Source: Camelus dromedarius
Lineage: Eukaryota
NCBI RefSeq assembly: GCF_036321535.1
Contig: NC_087436.1
Span: 108,688,001 to 108,752,000, forward strand
Direction: 5' to 3'
Length of the DNA: 64,000 nt
Positions 50,462-62,668 of the stretch are shown one piece after another. The notes below the pieces were generated by a model. It did no database searches. It was not told where the DNA came from and worked only from the letters and a program-made list of their open reading frames with translations. Every line of letters starts with the position of its first letter. Position 1 is the first letter of the stretch. The translations under genes were made by a program, and so were the position numbers.

Positions 50462-53400
50462 AACAGAGCCCCATATCACTGTAGAACCATATTCCATAAA
50501 GGAGTGTGAGTACTTTGAAGTGAAGAACAGAAAGGAAGTAGAGCAAACACAGCAGAGAGTGCGGCAGCGATGCTGTGCATCTTGCGTTTGATGCTAGTTT
50601 TCTCCGTGGGCCTTCTGGCATCCAGTCAGTCTGGGGAAGTCAGGCGGTTTTGTAAGCACTCTGGAGCAGAAGGCTATGATTGCATTAATAACCGCACTAT
50701 TTGATTCAGGGGCTATAACCTCATTGGCTTCCACCTCACATGCCTCTCCACTGCTTAGAGAAGCTAAATCTGTGAACTTACAAAGGGGAAAAGCTTCTAA
50801 TGGCATCACACTCGCTTGTACAGAGTATTGATTGCATCAACTTGGAGTTAAATTGCCACTGAAAATACAGTTAGATCTCTCCTCAATGGACTGGGGATCT
50901 TGATTGCAGAATGGCTATGAGTGGAATGTTTTCCAGTGTCAAAGAACAGCCATGCAGATTCAAATCAGCTCAGGCTTATTCATTCTAGCCAGGAAATATG
51001 GGCAAAATAAGACATCCACGGGAAAGGAATCAAATGAAACTTTGGGCAAGCTTTTCACTTTCTCCTCAGCATCATAGCTCAAAAACAAGAGAAAAGGCAA
51101 AAGGTAAGAAGACAGGGAGCTAAGATAATAGGGAGTCACACCAGCTAATGGCTACGGACCTTCCAGATAAAGAAGGTATTTCCCTAGAAATCTCCTTCCC
51201 CAGTGGAGGAAGAATCAGTACTTCAGTTGGTGGTGGTTGAAATCTGCTTCACTCTGTTAGTGAAATATGTGGGCAGAAAGCCCGATGGGAAGACCCCACG
51301 GCCAGTCCTACCACACAGTCTGTCAGAGTAACATGTAGGGGGGTTGGTTCTTTTTTTTAACAAGAGCAATCATACTTTCTTCGGGACGTCTGGGTGCTAC
51401 AAAAGACATTGGGATGGGTCACTTCAGGATTTCCAAAAGATTACTTTCAAAGTGGCCTAAATCTATCTCATCCTCGCCCTCTCTTCCGAGAAATCATAAT
51501 TATCATACTCTCCTTATTTGAGACAGCTGTGAAGAGTAGTAGGGAAAAAAAAGGAGGGGCCACATTTATATGAAGATGTGCTCAAAGCATCACTGCCATC
51601 TGCCAACTGGGTGACCCGTGGGGAGATACTGTCCCCCTCTGCCCTTCAGCTCTTACCATGCAGAGGTGTGACAGAGAGTCAAAGAGATGGTGCAGTTAAA
51701 GGGCCTTACACACAGCCTGGGGTGTGTTCTATAAAGCCCGGAACTTCCTGCCTGTCAGAAAAGGGATCTCAGAGACAAGCTGATACGAAGGTATTGATAC
51801 TTTAAAGATTACCATTCTCAGGAATATGATCATTGCTAAAAACAAAACAAAACAAAAAAGTGAGTCATCTCCAGTGATGGGATTTCAAATGGCAGCGGTG
51901 CTGATGTTATTAAGAAGAAGACAAAAGGGTTTTCCTGTTTACACTCAAATCATATGCCCCCACGTCGTCTTGGGGGACCCCCCCAGGCCTATCTGCCAGA
52001 GCCACATCCCTCATTGTGCGTTTCGGCAAAGCTGCACGAGGCAGAAAGGCTGCTTTTCTGGGACTGTAGTTCTTTTCCTGGTAGACGCCATGCTGGGGAA
52101 GCCTGGTAAAAATTCTCCCTCCAGCCAGGTGGGGTGGGTGGCATCTCGCACTCCAGGATGGAAGAGCCCACTCAGAGCCAGCGTGGACAAGAGGAGCAGA
52201 GGTGACAGCCAAGCTCTGGGCTCTGCCAAGTCTAGCCTGTTATTTGAGTCCGGGAAACGCTGGCTTAATTAATTGAAAAATAAAGGTTATTGTCAAAGCA
52301 AACTAGAAATGAAGGACCTTGGTCAATACTTACTGAATTTTGCTTCCCTGGGCTTTTCAGCCTTCCAATATTACATGGACTCAAACTCTCTTTCACTTAT
52401 GACCTGTTTCTGGATAAGTCCAGGTTGAATCATTAACGTGGCAATATTGCGAATAAATAAGATCTAATTCTGGAACAGGAAAGTGAACCATCGGTTGCTT
52501 TTGGAATTCTGGTGTTGCCCCAGAAACAGGAACTATTTTTCTTCTCCTTCATTTTTATGTCTAGATTTCTTTAGTGTGTTTGCGCAGCACTTGCTGTGTC
52601 ACCTCATTTGATCCTCACACCAACCTGGGAAAAGAGAAGAGTCAAGGATTTATCATCCTGTTTTTCCAAATGTGTCAACTGAGGCACAGAGAGCTTGAAA
52701 AGGACCACTCTAGTAAATCAGTGCTTCAACTGCAACTGTGATCCAAGTTTCTGAGAGCCTTTCCCACCAGCCTGGGCCTTTTCAGAATCAATTCAAGGTC
52801 TTGCTGGTAGAGATTAGATGGGGAACAAATTAGATTATGAGATGGTGCATGCCGTTGGCCCAGTATCTGGCAGAAAATAAGTGTCCAGTACAAATGAACC
52901 CTTATCAGTGTCATTGCTTCATTGTTACTGTTGTGATTTTTTTTCTTCCCATCCTAAAATAAAGTTGAGACACCCTTGCCTCTCGATGCTTCACTGTATT
53001 GAAGTTATTTTTATCATCAGCAGTAACCATTTCTTAAGTTTCTGTTGCATATAGAGCAGGAGACGAGATTCTGGGAGGATGAAATGATAAAGGATCAACT
53101 CAAGTCCTCAAGACAGGATCCTTTAGCTGAACAGGGCAACCAGTGAGGACTTCAGATCCAGAAATAGCACTCAGAGTAGTTTGAGTTAGAGATGCTGATG
53201 GAGACTTGACGTCAGAGAAGACTAAGGGTAGCTGAGGAAGCAGAGATGAGATGTTGGTACCCCAGAGAAAGGACCAGAGAAGAGGCTTGCATGGTTCTCA
53301 GCATCTCTTGTCACCCATGGGCAGGCCCACCCCTAAAGATTCTTATTCAGTACAGCTGGATAAAAATCCTAGTTTTATGTGTACAGGTTCTGTAGTACAA

Positions 53401-54562
53401 CAAACCAAAGTTGCTCTTGGCAATGGGGGACAACTGATTGCTCTGGGTTAGGTATCTGGTGCTAATTCACAGAGATGAACTTAATAAGAAAGTTAGCCAA
53501 ATGCTGGTGCTCAGAGACACAGTAACTGCCATGAACACGTGTTTAATAAACATCTGAGAGGAAGAAGGGATGAAAGGTAGGGGATAAAAGTGAAGAAAGG
53601 TGCTATTATTCCCCTGCTTTGAGTCTGTTAACCTGTGCTGCTGTGCTGGGATTCTGAGACTGTAATTTCCGCTCTCAGGTGTATCACTAGTTGCACTGGC
53701 AGTAACATCCTACTGCACTCAGACTGATGTCCACACTCTGATCATGACCCAGGAGGTGCCGTGTGAACTAACTTAGATCAACCTTTTTGACCTCATCTTC
53801 TACCTCCTTTGCTCGCTCACCACACTTTCTCTGTTCCTTGGAGCACTGGCATTGCCTGGGAAGCCCTTTCCCCTTGTCTGCACACAGCTTCTTGTCCTTA
53901 AGGTTGAATTTTCATCTCAGACAGGCCACCTTGACCATCCAGTCATAAGTAGAACCCCACCACCCATCCATATGTCCCTCAAAGCACTTTTTATGACTCC
54001 GAGTTGTCCAGGTCATTTGTTTGCTTTTTCTCGTGCCTCCCTCTCCACCATCACCACTGGACCATCTCAGGGCGGGATCCTTGCCGGCTTTGATCATGGC
54101 TGTTCCCTGAACAATAAGATAGCTCAGTAAATACTCATGTAGTGAATAAATGGATACTGTCAACAGAACCTTCCTCCCTCCTTTTGTCTTCTTCCTCTTC
54201 CCCAGTCTTTTTCTTTTCCTGTCTCTTTCTCTCTCCCCACTAAATCACACTTGATTGAGTGGCTCTTAGGAATTAAAAAAATGAAAGGCTGCCCACCTGT
54301 CCCCTGTAGCCTGTCTACCTGAGCTCATGCCCCCAAATCTAACACCATTTGACATAAAGCCCCGTGATCTCAGGCTGCTTTGACTCTGTGGTGGTGGAAA
54401 CACATCGGTGAGTCCCTGAGGGCCCAACCATTTTAAGAGCCCTTTGGAGATTTAGAGGAGAAAGAGTTCTTTTTTTGGCAACTAGTCTGAGAATTAGGTT
54501 ACATTCTGAATTAAGTAGGGCAGAATTTGTCATATATGGCCCAGTTCTGCACCTGAAACTTA

Positions 54563-54594
54563 CGCACACACCCACACACACACACACACACACA
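54563..54594. repeat. (AC)n microsatellite
   Basis: Seen directly. Confidence 0.9.
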
Positions 54595-56404
54595 ATCTCT
54601 GGGTGAGTTTGGTTTGCTATAATGGCGTGCACGTTAGTTTGCATAAGGCTTCAACATGAATCAGGTGCTTTCTCAGGCATCACCACTTTTTATACCAAGA
54701 AGGAGGCAGGCAGCTGTGAGTATCCTCACTTGACTGATGTGGAAACAGGCCCAGAGAGGTTCATGATACTGGCAGAGGTTACACTGCTGAGCTGGAATTC
54801 TGGAATCTAAACTGGATTCTGCTGTGGGGTGATCTTGAAAGTCACTCGATTGAAGCTCAGGTTCCCTCCCTGGAAAATGAGGGAGTTGAATGATCTCCAA
54901 AGCTGGACTTTCAATCTTCGTTGTGCCAATGTGTCAAGGCCTGGGGTTCTTGTTGAATTGCTGCCCTGAATCAGCAGGTCCGCATAGGGCTTGCCTCTCT
55001 GCATTTTTAACAATTATCAACACCTCCCAAGTGATGCCTGAGCTGTTTCATAGACTACGCCTCAAAGAAGGAGGCATTAGAGCTAAATGGGCTTTTGGTG
55101 GATGGAGATGCCCTGAGATGTACAGGCATGTGGTAAAACTGGAGAAGCATGCTCTACTGAACAGGGTCTGAGACCGAGATTCTCTGCAGTGCATCCCTGT
55201 TTGAGCTGTGATCTTTGGAGAAGTCGTTTAGCTTGGTTGAGCTGGTTCATGGGGATCTAACTGTATCTGAGAGAGGCAATATATAATTTAAGTTTAGCAA
55301 GGAAGGTGGTATCTAGCAAACAAAGCCTTTGAACACAGAATTTTGAGTTCTTCAGAAGTAGGAGTTGTTTTTACATATGATAAATGACGAGATATTGTCC
55401 CCACACCTTCCTGGCTTATCTTTATCTTGGTTTATCTCGGGAGGAAGTCAGGGGAAGGGTTGTCTGGCAATAGATGAGTAAGCTGAGGCTTAGACAGGCT
55501 CCTGGTTCTCCTGGAGCCACACAAAGGCTGGGGGAAGCATCCCCCAGGCTAACCTGCAGCCTTTTTGGTCTCTGCCAGGATGAGGATGGGGCATTGTTAA
55601 GGAAACTGGCCTTTGTGGATTTGCATTGGAAAAGAAGATATCTGGGCTGATAAAAAGAAGATAAGTCACTGAGGTTTTTCATTGTCTAGTGAAGCTAAAG
55701 TAGAGGTTCCATGATGCCTTGTTAGGACCAGCTCCTCAGTCATTGAGGGGGCTGTAATCCCCTCTCAGGCCCACTAGTCACAGTGAGTGATATGGACGTG
55801 GTTGCTTTTGAGAAGCAGATAAGTTCTCTGTCTGTGGAAATGCAGCGGCCATCACGTTCAAGGTGTGTCTGTCGTCCTCCATGACACCATGGCCTGGTGG
55901 AAGTCATGTCTCCTGGAATGCTGAGAGAGTGCTGGAGAGTGTTAGAAGGAGGGTAGGGCTGGGGGCTGCGGGGAGTCTGTGCACACAGGAAGGGAGCTGA
56001 GAGGGTACATATTTTCACACATTTGGTCACAACCACCCCGTGAGTTAGGTATGATTATTCCCATTTTATAGAACAGGGAGGAAGCTTAGTCTCAGGTGAT
56101 GCAACCAGCTAAGGCATCCTGTGATTACCTTGACTCACTTACTAATTCAGTCCTCATTCCAGCCATCAGAATCAGGGTTCCCATCCTTCTCTCTGTCTAG
56201 AGTCTGCCTAACACTCCTCAGAATATGTCCTCACACATGTGATTCTAGACTGGACTACTAATCAAAATCACCGGTAATTCGACAGGACTGAGGAAACAAT
56301 GCCTTGTTGAGCTTGGACAGCATCTGCCTGCCTGGCCCTTCCGACAGAGCTATGCTATGCTGTTTCCCACACAGCCACGTTACCACCTCTCTTTAGTCCC
56401 ACAG

Positions 56405-56635
56405 TGTCACGTAGTGAGTGAAACATGGGCTGTTAATCAGAGACCCAGGGTTCAAATGCGAGCTTTGAAGCTTATTAATTGTATGGCTATTCTCAATTTA
56501 TTTTTCCTCTCTGAGCTCACTCAGTGTTCTCCTCCGTAGAACGGGATTAATCATCCATCTTGGGACCGCTAAAGGGATTAATGTAAAGTGCATGGAATAG
56601 TCCTTGGCCCACGAGGAGCATTCAGCAACATAATG
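56405..56635 (+). mobile_element. MIR SINE
   Basis: 'catgggctgttaatcagagacccagggttcaaat...cctctctgagctcactcagtgttctcctccgtagaacgggatt'. Confidence 0.75.
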
Positions 56636-59519
56636 AGCCTTTAACAAAGGTAGCTGCAGGAGGCTGCAAATAAGCTGTAGTGAATTGCAGAGCCGGGATT
56701 GGAACCTTATCTCTTAATCACTAACATGTTGCCTCGGCCGCAAATGGTAGCTTAGACTATTAATAGATGCTCAATATCCATAAGAAGAGACTAAGGCACT
56801 GGAGGGTGAGCACTGGTTGGCAAGCACACCCCGGCTTTCTAAGAGCATTTGTAGCTGAGGTTCCCACAAACCAATGTCTTGGCAGCCTCTTGTCTTCTGA
56901 AGAACAGAGACCAGTATAACGCCACCGAATTTCTCAGCAAATTTATTCGGTTGGTTCTATTAAAAAGGAAATGTAATAATAAATGTCAGCCTAAAATGAT
57001 TGAGCAAAACATTATAAGGTGAATAAAAAAATAATGCAATGCCTGTAGTTATATATTCTACATCTGTGCTTTGGGATTTTACTATTTTCATAAATGCATT
57101 TCTTCATCAAGCATAGTGACTCTGATTTATGGTTGAAAGCAACAATCTGAGGCAAAATATATAAACTCCTTGAAGAGAATGAAATAGCAGGGATTGGCTT
57201 TTATTATGGACCCATCATCCCTTTGAACAAGTTACTTAAGCCTCCCCAGCCGCAGTTTCCTGGTTGAGCACTGCGGATCACAGCCCTGCCTCACAGCTCT
57301 GTGGTGGGGACCGAAGGAGAGAGTGCCGTCTGCCACTGCATTAGCTTCAGGGATCCTCAGGGATGCAACATTGCTTAGGCTTTGAGTTGGGGACTGGAAG
57401 ATTAAGATTTTCCCAGCTGAGAGAACACACGCGTTCCTTCAGTTTCATAAAGCCCAGTTGCTTCATCTGGGGGATGGAGGTAGTTCAGCCTGGCTTACAG
57501 GTTGGTTCTCATGGGGAAATGTCACGGCATTTCTCTGGTTTGCCCAGTGCCCAGAACGTTGCTCTTAATCCTCTCTCCACAAACCCCCCCGCAGCAGCAG
57601 TGGCTGAAGATTGCAGTGAGGGGAAGCAAGACAGGCAGCCACAACCCTGTTTCTCACCTGCGCATGCCAGGCTCTTGCCTGAGACAGCCACGTGTTTGCT
57701 CCCTCTGTTCATTGAGGTTTCTTCTTAAATACCACCTCTTCAAAGAAATTTTAACCACCCATTATGACTCCAGTGGGTAGACAGGGAAATAGCAACGTCC
57801 AGCCCTACTTTCTTTCTTCATAGCATCTTTACTCTAGGACATCACATTAGATGATGATGTCCCTACTGTAAGCCACTCTGCCCCCACTAAAATGTAACCT
57901 CCCTGGGGCCAGGAACCTTCCCTGTTTTGTTCATTCTCCTTCCTCAGTGTCTGGATTCCTCCTTGGCACATAATAGGCCTTCCACATGTACATTTTGTTG
58001 TTCTTTGCAAATCTACCTGGGGTCAGAGCTGCATAAACCAAAATAATTCTGGGCCCAAGTCACTATAGAAATGGTCAAAGGTGAATGTTTCAAATGAAAG
58101 ATATAAGCTCAATATGATACAATATTTTTTTCTCATATTTTTATATGCTGGACAGATAATAAAATACTTCTGCCTCCCTCTCTAGATCATATATTTGTTC
58201 CTGTTTTATCAGTGAGCTCTGTTTCGAAACTAATAACCGTGACATTTTAAATACAAGAATACATAACATTCTTTAAAATAGTTAACCTTTCCATGTGACA
58301 TTTCATTGGATGTCTAATTAGCAGTAACGTTTTGTTGTTTGCCATTTTAAACATAACAGGCCAATAAGCCTCAAAAAACTAACCTTGCTTAAATAATCAA
58401 TCTTCATAACCAGAGAATTTCTATCTTTAAAAGTTCTTCTCCTTTTGTCCTTCTTTCTCCATCCCTTTGACAACAAAATATTCCATTTGCAACTTTCTAT
58501 CTGTGCTAAGCTTTCTATTAAGAATATCTCTCTTTTATAACTTTTGCTCTAAGGTAGGTTTGGTGTTTTTTTTTTTTGCCAGTTAAGAAAAATTCATCCA
58601 ATTTCTCTTTTCATATAGTCAAGGACAAAGCTTTGGCAACCAGCAAAGCAAAGCAGAAATAAGTTCATTATCCACATAGGGAAAAAAATCTTACCACCCT
58701 TGCTTTTATTTTACTGAGCAGCTTACTTTTCAGAAGCCTTATTTTCATTATGTGTGTTACTATGAATTAGAGAGCATGCAAAGAGTTAGAATAGTCAAAC
58801 ATTTATTTCGTTCTCTTAGGCTTTTGTATCTGGTCAAATTATTGTTTGGGGTATTTTAAAGGCATTAGCTCATGTAATCTCACAAAATTTCAGTAGAGTA
58901 GCATTGTTACTCCTCTTTTCAAAGGAGATGAAATGAAAACCAAATGGTTGAGAAACTTGCTCAATATTACCAAGTCACTGAATGCTTGATATTAGAATCC
59001 AGTGTGCCCATCTCTAAGCCCGTGTTCTTTCCAGAATCTTGTCCTGCCTTCGTACAACAGGGATTCGGTCCATACCCATATTTCCTCCTCATGTTCAGTG
59101 TTTGGTGGAAGCAGGACAAGGACAAAGCTAGGTCAAAGGAGGAGGAAAGAAGTAATGATAAGAGGAATCCCTGCATGGCCCGGAGAAGATACTTGGTTAA
59201 AAGGAAGTCTCGATTAGGTGAAAGTCTAAAGTTATTTTCTAAGAAATTGGACTTTCCTGAGAAATGAGCAACAATCTGAACATCTTTTACAGGAAATGAC
59301 TACATAAGAAATTTATTTTGTAAGTTTTGTAGCCTAGATGCTTCAAAATAAAGATCTGAAGGAAGTACTTACCCCAATTATTTCAGCAACCTCTGAACGT
59401 GAAAACCACATCTTATCCCGTTTTTCATGAGAAAAATAAAAGGTGAAGTCATCTCCTGAATCGTCAATTTAATTTTTTTTTTTTAATGTCGGGCTTTTGT
59501 CTGGCACCTTGTAGGATGC

Positions 59520-60500
59520 TGGGAGCATCCCAGATGAATGAGATACAGATACTTCCCTCAGAGACCTCATAGACTTTTGGGGAGACAGTTATAAGAATAG
59601 ATAATTACAAAAAAGTTAAATGACTGCTGTACTAATCAATTAGTCATTGTAGAACAGCTGAGAGATGGCATCTAATTGAACCTGAACAGACAAGGAGGCT
59701 TCTTAGAGGAAATGATAACTGAGCTGTATTTTAATGGACACATGAAAAATGTTTGACTGAAAGTAGAGATAGAATGGCATTTCAGGTAGAGAACATTGTA
59801 CAACCAGAGACACATCATTGTGAAATAGTTGGTGAATACGGGGATCTGCATCAAGTGTTAAGTCATGCAGTTATAGGAAGTAAGTCTAGAACTGAAATGA
59901 CATAATCATTTTTGCATTTTCGGACTCCAGATTTGCATGATGGGTGATTGGATGAGACGGTAGTACATTCAATCCAGATAAGAAGAAAAGATGTGTATGC
60001 TGTTTAGTGGAGAAGATCAGAGGTTCACATTTTGACATCTGGCACTGAAGGAAACATGGAAATCTAGGAGGATCTGCCTTGCAGGCTGTTAGATGAACAG
60101 GTCTCAGCATGGCGATGGCAAAGGAGGACATAAAAGTTGAAAGCAATCACTCTTAGAAATGTGTAGAGTGAGGTCAAAGATGATGTAATGCAGTAAGGCA
60201 ATATTTAAGGATGAGGACGGGTAAGAAGGAATGGTGAGAGATTTAGAGTGAGATATCAGGAAACTTTAAAGATTCCAGAATGTCCACAGTGTCAAATACA
60301 ACAGAAAAGTTTAGTAAGTGATCTTAAAATGATTCACTGAATTTGAATATAGGAGGATAGTAGATGAGGTTGTCAAACAGTTTTGCTAAAGGGGTAGGGG
60401 TGAAATCATTTCTAGTTGATCAAACAGAAAATGAGCAATGAGAAATCGGAGACGTAAGCATAAAATAATATTCCAACAAATTTCCAAACGAAGATGGGGA
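59520..60500 (-). mobile_element. Degraded LINE-2
   Basis: 'ttccctcagagacctcatagac', 'aggaggcttcttagaggaaatgataactgagctg', 'acagtgtcaaatacaacagaaaagtttagtaag'. Confidence 0.65.
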
Positions 60501-60658
60501 GAAAGAGGTGAAAGTTCAGCTCTGAGGATAGGAGTCATTGAGGCATGGGCGCCATCTGTCAGTAAAGAAAGGCAATAGAGAGAATCTGGAGAATATGGAA
60601 GGGGAATCTTATCTTTGTTTTATTTTTTTCCTATAATGAGATGTATGTCCCAGAAATC

Positions 60659-60828
60659 TTTTTTTTCAGTTGAAGTATAGTCAGTTACAGTGTGTCAGTT
60701 TCTGGTGTACAGTATAGTGTTCCAGTCATGCATATATTCATGCATATACATATACTCATTTTCATATTCTTTCTCATTAAAAGTTATGAAAAGATATTGA
60801 ATATAGTTCCCTGTGATATACAGAAGAA
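60659..60828 (-). mobile_element. Short L1 3'-end fragment (camelid-like)
   Basis: Poly-T followed by 'gttgaagtatagtcagttacagtgtgtcagtttctggtgtacag...atattgaatatagttccctgtgatatacag'. Homologous to the 3' UTR of the L1 at 1751-1950. Confidence 0.85.
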
Positions 60829-60842
60829 GGGAGGGGCTAGTT

Positions 60843-61052
60843 CTGTGTGCAGAGACCAAGGACAGTAGGGAGGAGAGAGACAGTCAGAAAAGTCTGCTCT
60901 TAAATATCTTCACTTAAAGCCTGGTCATTCTGGGGCCTCAGTGATTGAGAACTGTAGCCATCACATAACAGTGGCAAAGTCTGATAAAACTTAAAAAGGA
61001 TCATTGGTGACTGGATATTTAGTGGTGACAAACACAACAAACACTGGCCAGA
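60843..61052 (+). repeat. 210-bp direct repeat, copy 1
   Basis: Ungapped match to 62459-62668 with 10 substitutions by manual count. Confidence 0.95.
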
Positions 61053-62458
61053 CTGGATTTGGCTTCATGGTGTATGGTTAATCTCTGAGCCCATCAATGC
61101 TAAAGGTAAACATACGAGCTTTCATGGGCTACAACTTATGTTGCTTCTCCTGATTCAGTGTCCACCTTTCATTGAGCAGTGAATTTATATTGAAAAATAA
61201 TAAAATCCTTTGTATGAGAAGAACCTAGGGAAGACTCAGTGTAATTACATCAAAAGCTCCATTTAATATTCAAGATGATATTTGCATGAGCTCTGTCTCT
61301 TCAGAACTTAAAGATGTGTGTTTATGAGAAAGTCTGTCCATCCTTGGTTAGCGGTTTCTTTTGTTGTGATTTAAAATTGAAAACCACTAAACAGGATATA
61401 GTTACCTGTTCTAGCTTTTTGAAAATCTTTGTGTGGTATCTTTGGGGAAAAAAAAACAGAATTATTTATCTTAAAAAAAAATTATGGTTAAGATTGTGAG
61501 CTGAAGAAAGATTAAACCTATGGCTTGACTTTATTAATTTGTATAAATAATTGTGGCCTAAGTATTTGCTTATGAAATACCCTGGACAGACGGAAGTGTG
61601 GTCTGTAAACAGGAAAGAGTCTCATTATGTGAATGGCAGTGGCCTTGTCCAAGAAAGGTCCTAACTTTTATTCCATCAAGACCATGTGAAAGCTTTCTGA
61701 TGTCTTAAAAATGGAAAAGGCTTTGGTAATTCTCTTTTATGTATTGAAAACCAATTCTAAATGATAAAACAAAGGCAAGGAAATCAAACTGAATTCCGAT
61801 TTTCCTAGGGTGATTTCATAAGTGCTTTTTTGCCCCAATTTGAAATATCAGATTCTTTAAAAAAAAAAAAACCCTTTGGTGTCACCTTTTGCTAGTGCCC
61901 TCAGCATGTGCTTGTGAGTGAAGAAGCTCCCTACACGTCGTGCAAGTGGCCCCACACTCGGGGTGGGTGTTGAGTGTTTCAGCACCAAGCCAGCCCTTAC
62001 CCTCAAGGAGACTTTTACCCCTCCTGCCTCGTGGCAGCAGAGCTCTGGAGGAGGGCAGAACAGACACCGAGAAAAGAGCATCTTTTTCCTTCAGCCAACA
62101 GATTAGTCCACTGACCTGCCTGCCCAAGTCCGGGCCCTGGACAGTGCCAGAGCCCCAGAGTACCCACCGGGAATGCTCGGAGGGGTAACTATTATTCATG
62201 TTTGTGATCTGCACTCTGTTTTAATAACTGTGGTTTTATTACTAGCCATTTTTCAGGTACCAGCCTTGGGCTAAATTTTAACTATTTTGCTTTGCACTGG
62301 GTAGGAAGTGATGAGAGATTGAAAAATAAATGAGACACACTTTTTTCTCCCATTGCTTATGAACTAGTTCATGATAGAGAATATGCAAATAATATAGGAG
62401 AATAAAGAGATGAGTGGATATAGGTGGGATGTGGGCGGTGTTTTATGTAGTCTGAGTA

Positions 62459-62668
62459 CTGTGTGCAGTGACCAAGGACAGTAGGGAGGAGAGAGACAGT
62501 CGGAAAAGTCTGCTCTTAAATATCTTCACTTAAAGCCTAGTCATTCTGGGGCCTCAGTGATTGAGAACTCTAGCCATCACACAACAGTGGCAAAACCTGA
62601 TGAAACTTAAAAAGGATTATTGGTGACTGGTTATTTAGTGGTGACAAACACAACAAACACTGGCCAGA
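62459..62668 (+). repeat. 210-bp direct repeat, copy 2
   Basis: Ungapped match to 60843-61052. Confidence 0.95.

Noticed and set aside
51826..52272. 148-aa ORF in a mildly GC-rich patch
   Set aside because: No recognisable domain or convincing splice signals. Overlapping ORFs on both strands suggest a composition effect.
61978..61996. REST/NRSE-like TTCAGCACCA (similar partial matches near 23691 and 24540)
   Set aside because: Only one half-site matches; the GGACAG half is missing or mis-spaced.
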